A DNA stretch of 64,000 nt from Azolla caroliniana. Taxonomy: Eukaryota > Plantae > Polypodiophyta. The stretch lies in contig JBHGNT010000018.1 in NCBI GenBank assembly GCA_043228905.1, positions 5,952,001-6,016,000 of the forward strand. Reading direction: 5' to 3'. The notes beneath the pieces are model-generated. The model was not told where the DNA came from. It did not search any database and saw only the letters and a list, made by a program, of their open reading frames with translations. A program made the translations under genes and the position numbers. Positions 61,728 through 64,000 of the stretch are shown in pieces; the stretch's first letter is position 1, and every line of letters begins with the position of its first letter.

Positions 61728-61932
61728 CTCGGTTGGAGCCTAAATCGAGCTGTTAAACCGTTTTAAATGGTTTGTCGGTTCGGTTCGGTTCGGGCCAGTT
61801 CAAGCTTGAGCCTTGAGCCTCCTAAACCGGTTTGAGATCGGGCTGGCAAGGCTCAAGCGGAACCGAACCGTTTAGGGACAAACCGGTTTGTTTAGCCGGA
61901 GGGCCAAACCGCAAAAGGAATCCGCGGTTTGA
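61728..61932. repeat. GGTTC/AACCG-rich repeat region (possible MITE remnant) upstream of the RING gene
   Basis: Clustered GGTTCGGTTCGG, AACCGAACCG and AAACCGGTTT motifs. Confidence 0.45.
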
Positions 61933-62054
61933 AACTCTCTCGGATCAAACCCCACCGAAGCTGAAGTAATCGAACAAGACATACAATACAATACAATACG
62001 ATACGTAGATCTGCGCAGGCAGAGCTTCTCTTCTTCGCTTTCTGTGACGTGAGA

Positions 62055-63908
62055 ATGGAGCAGAGATCGTCGACCTCCTCCTTCTCTTCCTCCTCGCGAC
62101 CAAATGGCGCCTCTGTGGATTCCCCTTCACCTCTTCTCGCAGAGAGCATCCCTAATTTAGACAGAAACATCCCGAATCCTTCTTTCGACTGTAACACCAT
62201 CATGGTTAATGGGCTATCGGGTGTCGCTCGGTTCTGCCGCCCTGCCAGTGTGAGAAGAATGATCAGAGAACCTTCGATGATGGTTAGTCAGACAGTGATG
62301 AAGCAACTTGAAGAAGAACAGAGTGATTGGGCCTACTCTAAACCTCTTGTCATTCTTGACCTGATACGGAACCTTGCTTTCATCATGGTTTCTCTTATTG
62401 TTCTTTGTATTAGTACCAATGAAAAGCCTCATGCCCCTCTTCGGATATGGATCTGCGGTTATTGTCTTCAAGACATTGTTCATATGATCTGTGTTTCTTC
62501 AGAGCTTCGAAAGAGATATAGACAATATCTGACATACCATCATCAACAAAAATCACCACAACAGAAACAGCAACAACTTAATAGGCCGCTGGCTGTTCCT
62601 GGTCCTTATAGGAAGTTCCGATCTAGTGAAGAATCACTCGGAGACAATTCACCTGCAGATGAAGAAATAGGAGGCGCTAACACTGGGTTCGTTTCTCCAT
62701 TACACCATCTGATTTAATCCCCTCTGTAGTAGGAAATTTAACAATTTGCTAGAGCAGCATTGTATGTTTATGAACTTATAAATACTTATAGAGGTTTCTG
62801 TTTTACTTGCTTAAATCATACATCTACATACCCACATATATGGATATTGAAATTCGACATTCATTTTTTACATATATCTATAAATGCATTTGCATATGTA
62901 CATGTGTAGAGAACTGACTTACATTTTTACTGGTGGTTCATATTTAGGGGTAAGAATATGGAAACCGAAGATTATGTACTATCTCCATACGTCCATTCTT
63001 GTCTCCCCCATGTCCTCAAGGGGGAACCCTTTTTGATATCCATGTCCTTGCAGATTATGAATGTTACCATTGATATATCTTTTCGCATATCTGATTTATT
63101 TCATATGGGATTGCCGTCTGGCTCCCTTTTACTGCCCCTTCTTATCATGGTATTTAAATTTAATGTTTTTTTCTTAAACATTGGAAAAGTTGGTCTTTGA
63201 CTGCAGTATTTTGATGAATGAAAAGCAATAATAGTTACTTTGCCCCTTGTATTCTGTTTGAAGTTATCTCATAGGAAAACAAGTGTCATTATTAAGGTGT
63301 GCGAGTTTGTAATATGTATGCATCTAGTGTATTCTACTCTTCATGATTTTAAGGAACTTTCCTTTTCCGATTCATATTTGGAAAGTTGTGATCCATAAAT
63401 TGGACCCTTAAACTACATAAATGCAAATTTAGTTTAATTCCAAGTATGTATGAAGCTAACCATTGAAAGCAAATTTAGCATCCACTGCAGTGTAATCGCG
63501 CAAGAAACTGTTGGGTGGCCTTTTGGTTTTGTGAACATAGTTTTAAATCTTAAATCTCTGCATGCTTTTCAGCTTTGCCAAACACTTAGAGTCTATGAAC
63601 AGAATGTTCTCATTTATTTGGTGGATTGTTGGGTTCTATTGGATGACTGCGGGTGGTCAAGTTCTGATACAAGAAGCTCCAAAACTATATTGGTATAATG
63701 CACTAATATCTTTTTGGGTCGGGTTTTGTGTTACTCTATAGAATATATATATGCTTATTTGATTATGTTTTGCAGGTTGTCTGCTGTATTTTTGGCCTTT
63801 GATGTGCTCTTTGTTGTGTTTAGTGTTGCTCTAACATATGCTATTGGATTAGCTGTTTGTTGCTGCTTACGGTGCATCATAGCCTTATTGTATGCAGTGG
63901 CTGATCAG
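62055..63908 (+). CDS. Transmembrane RING-type E3 ubiquitin ligase (At1g12760/At1g63170-like family), 5' part; gene continues past the window
   Basis: Exons 62055-62686, 63573-63692 and 63776-63908 splice in frame: [24 protein letters not shown]...[30 protein letters not shown]. The RING domain itself is not in the window. Confidence 0.88.
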
Positions 63909-64000
63909 GTATGCTGTTTGTTTGATTGAAATCTTTTTCTTTTACTGTTAATATAAGAGAATAATGTAAGATCATAACGTTACATGCTGCCAAATTTGCG

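Overview
Eukaryotic land-plant nuclear DNA, probably from a non-seed plant such as a fern (inferred from Tcn1-like chromoviruses and an RTEX-like LINE; the species cannot be identified). Host genes: a 9-exon peroxisomal DHNA-CoA synthase (MENB, 3305-6738, minus), a 4-exon vacuolar iron transporter (VIT1, 51920-53420, with a GC-AG intron), an intronless Bet1/SFT1-like SNARE pseudogene (~60600-60934) and the 5' part of a membrane-anchored RING E3 ligase (62055 to window end). About 11-47 kb is a nested retrotransposon block: several Ty1/copia elements (one intact and young), Tcn1-like Ty3/gypsy chromoviruses, solo LTRs and a LINE. The main signal is a group of otherwise dissimilar LTRs with one shared design: an outward-facing tRNA-like A-box/B-box module at the start of U3, then TATA, then TTCAAC 38-40 nt later. 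One member is a complete 2.3-kb non-coding element with a perfect 11-nt self-priming site and an internal tandem array. All coordinates and alignments were read by eye and may be off by a few bases.
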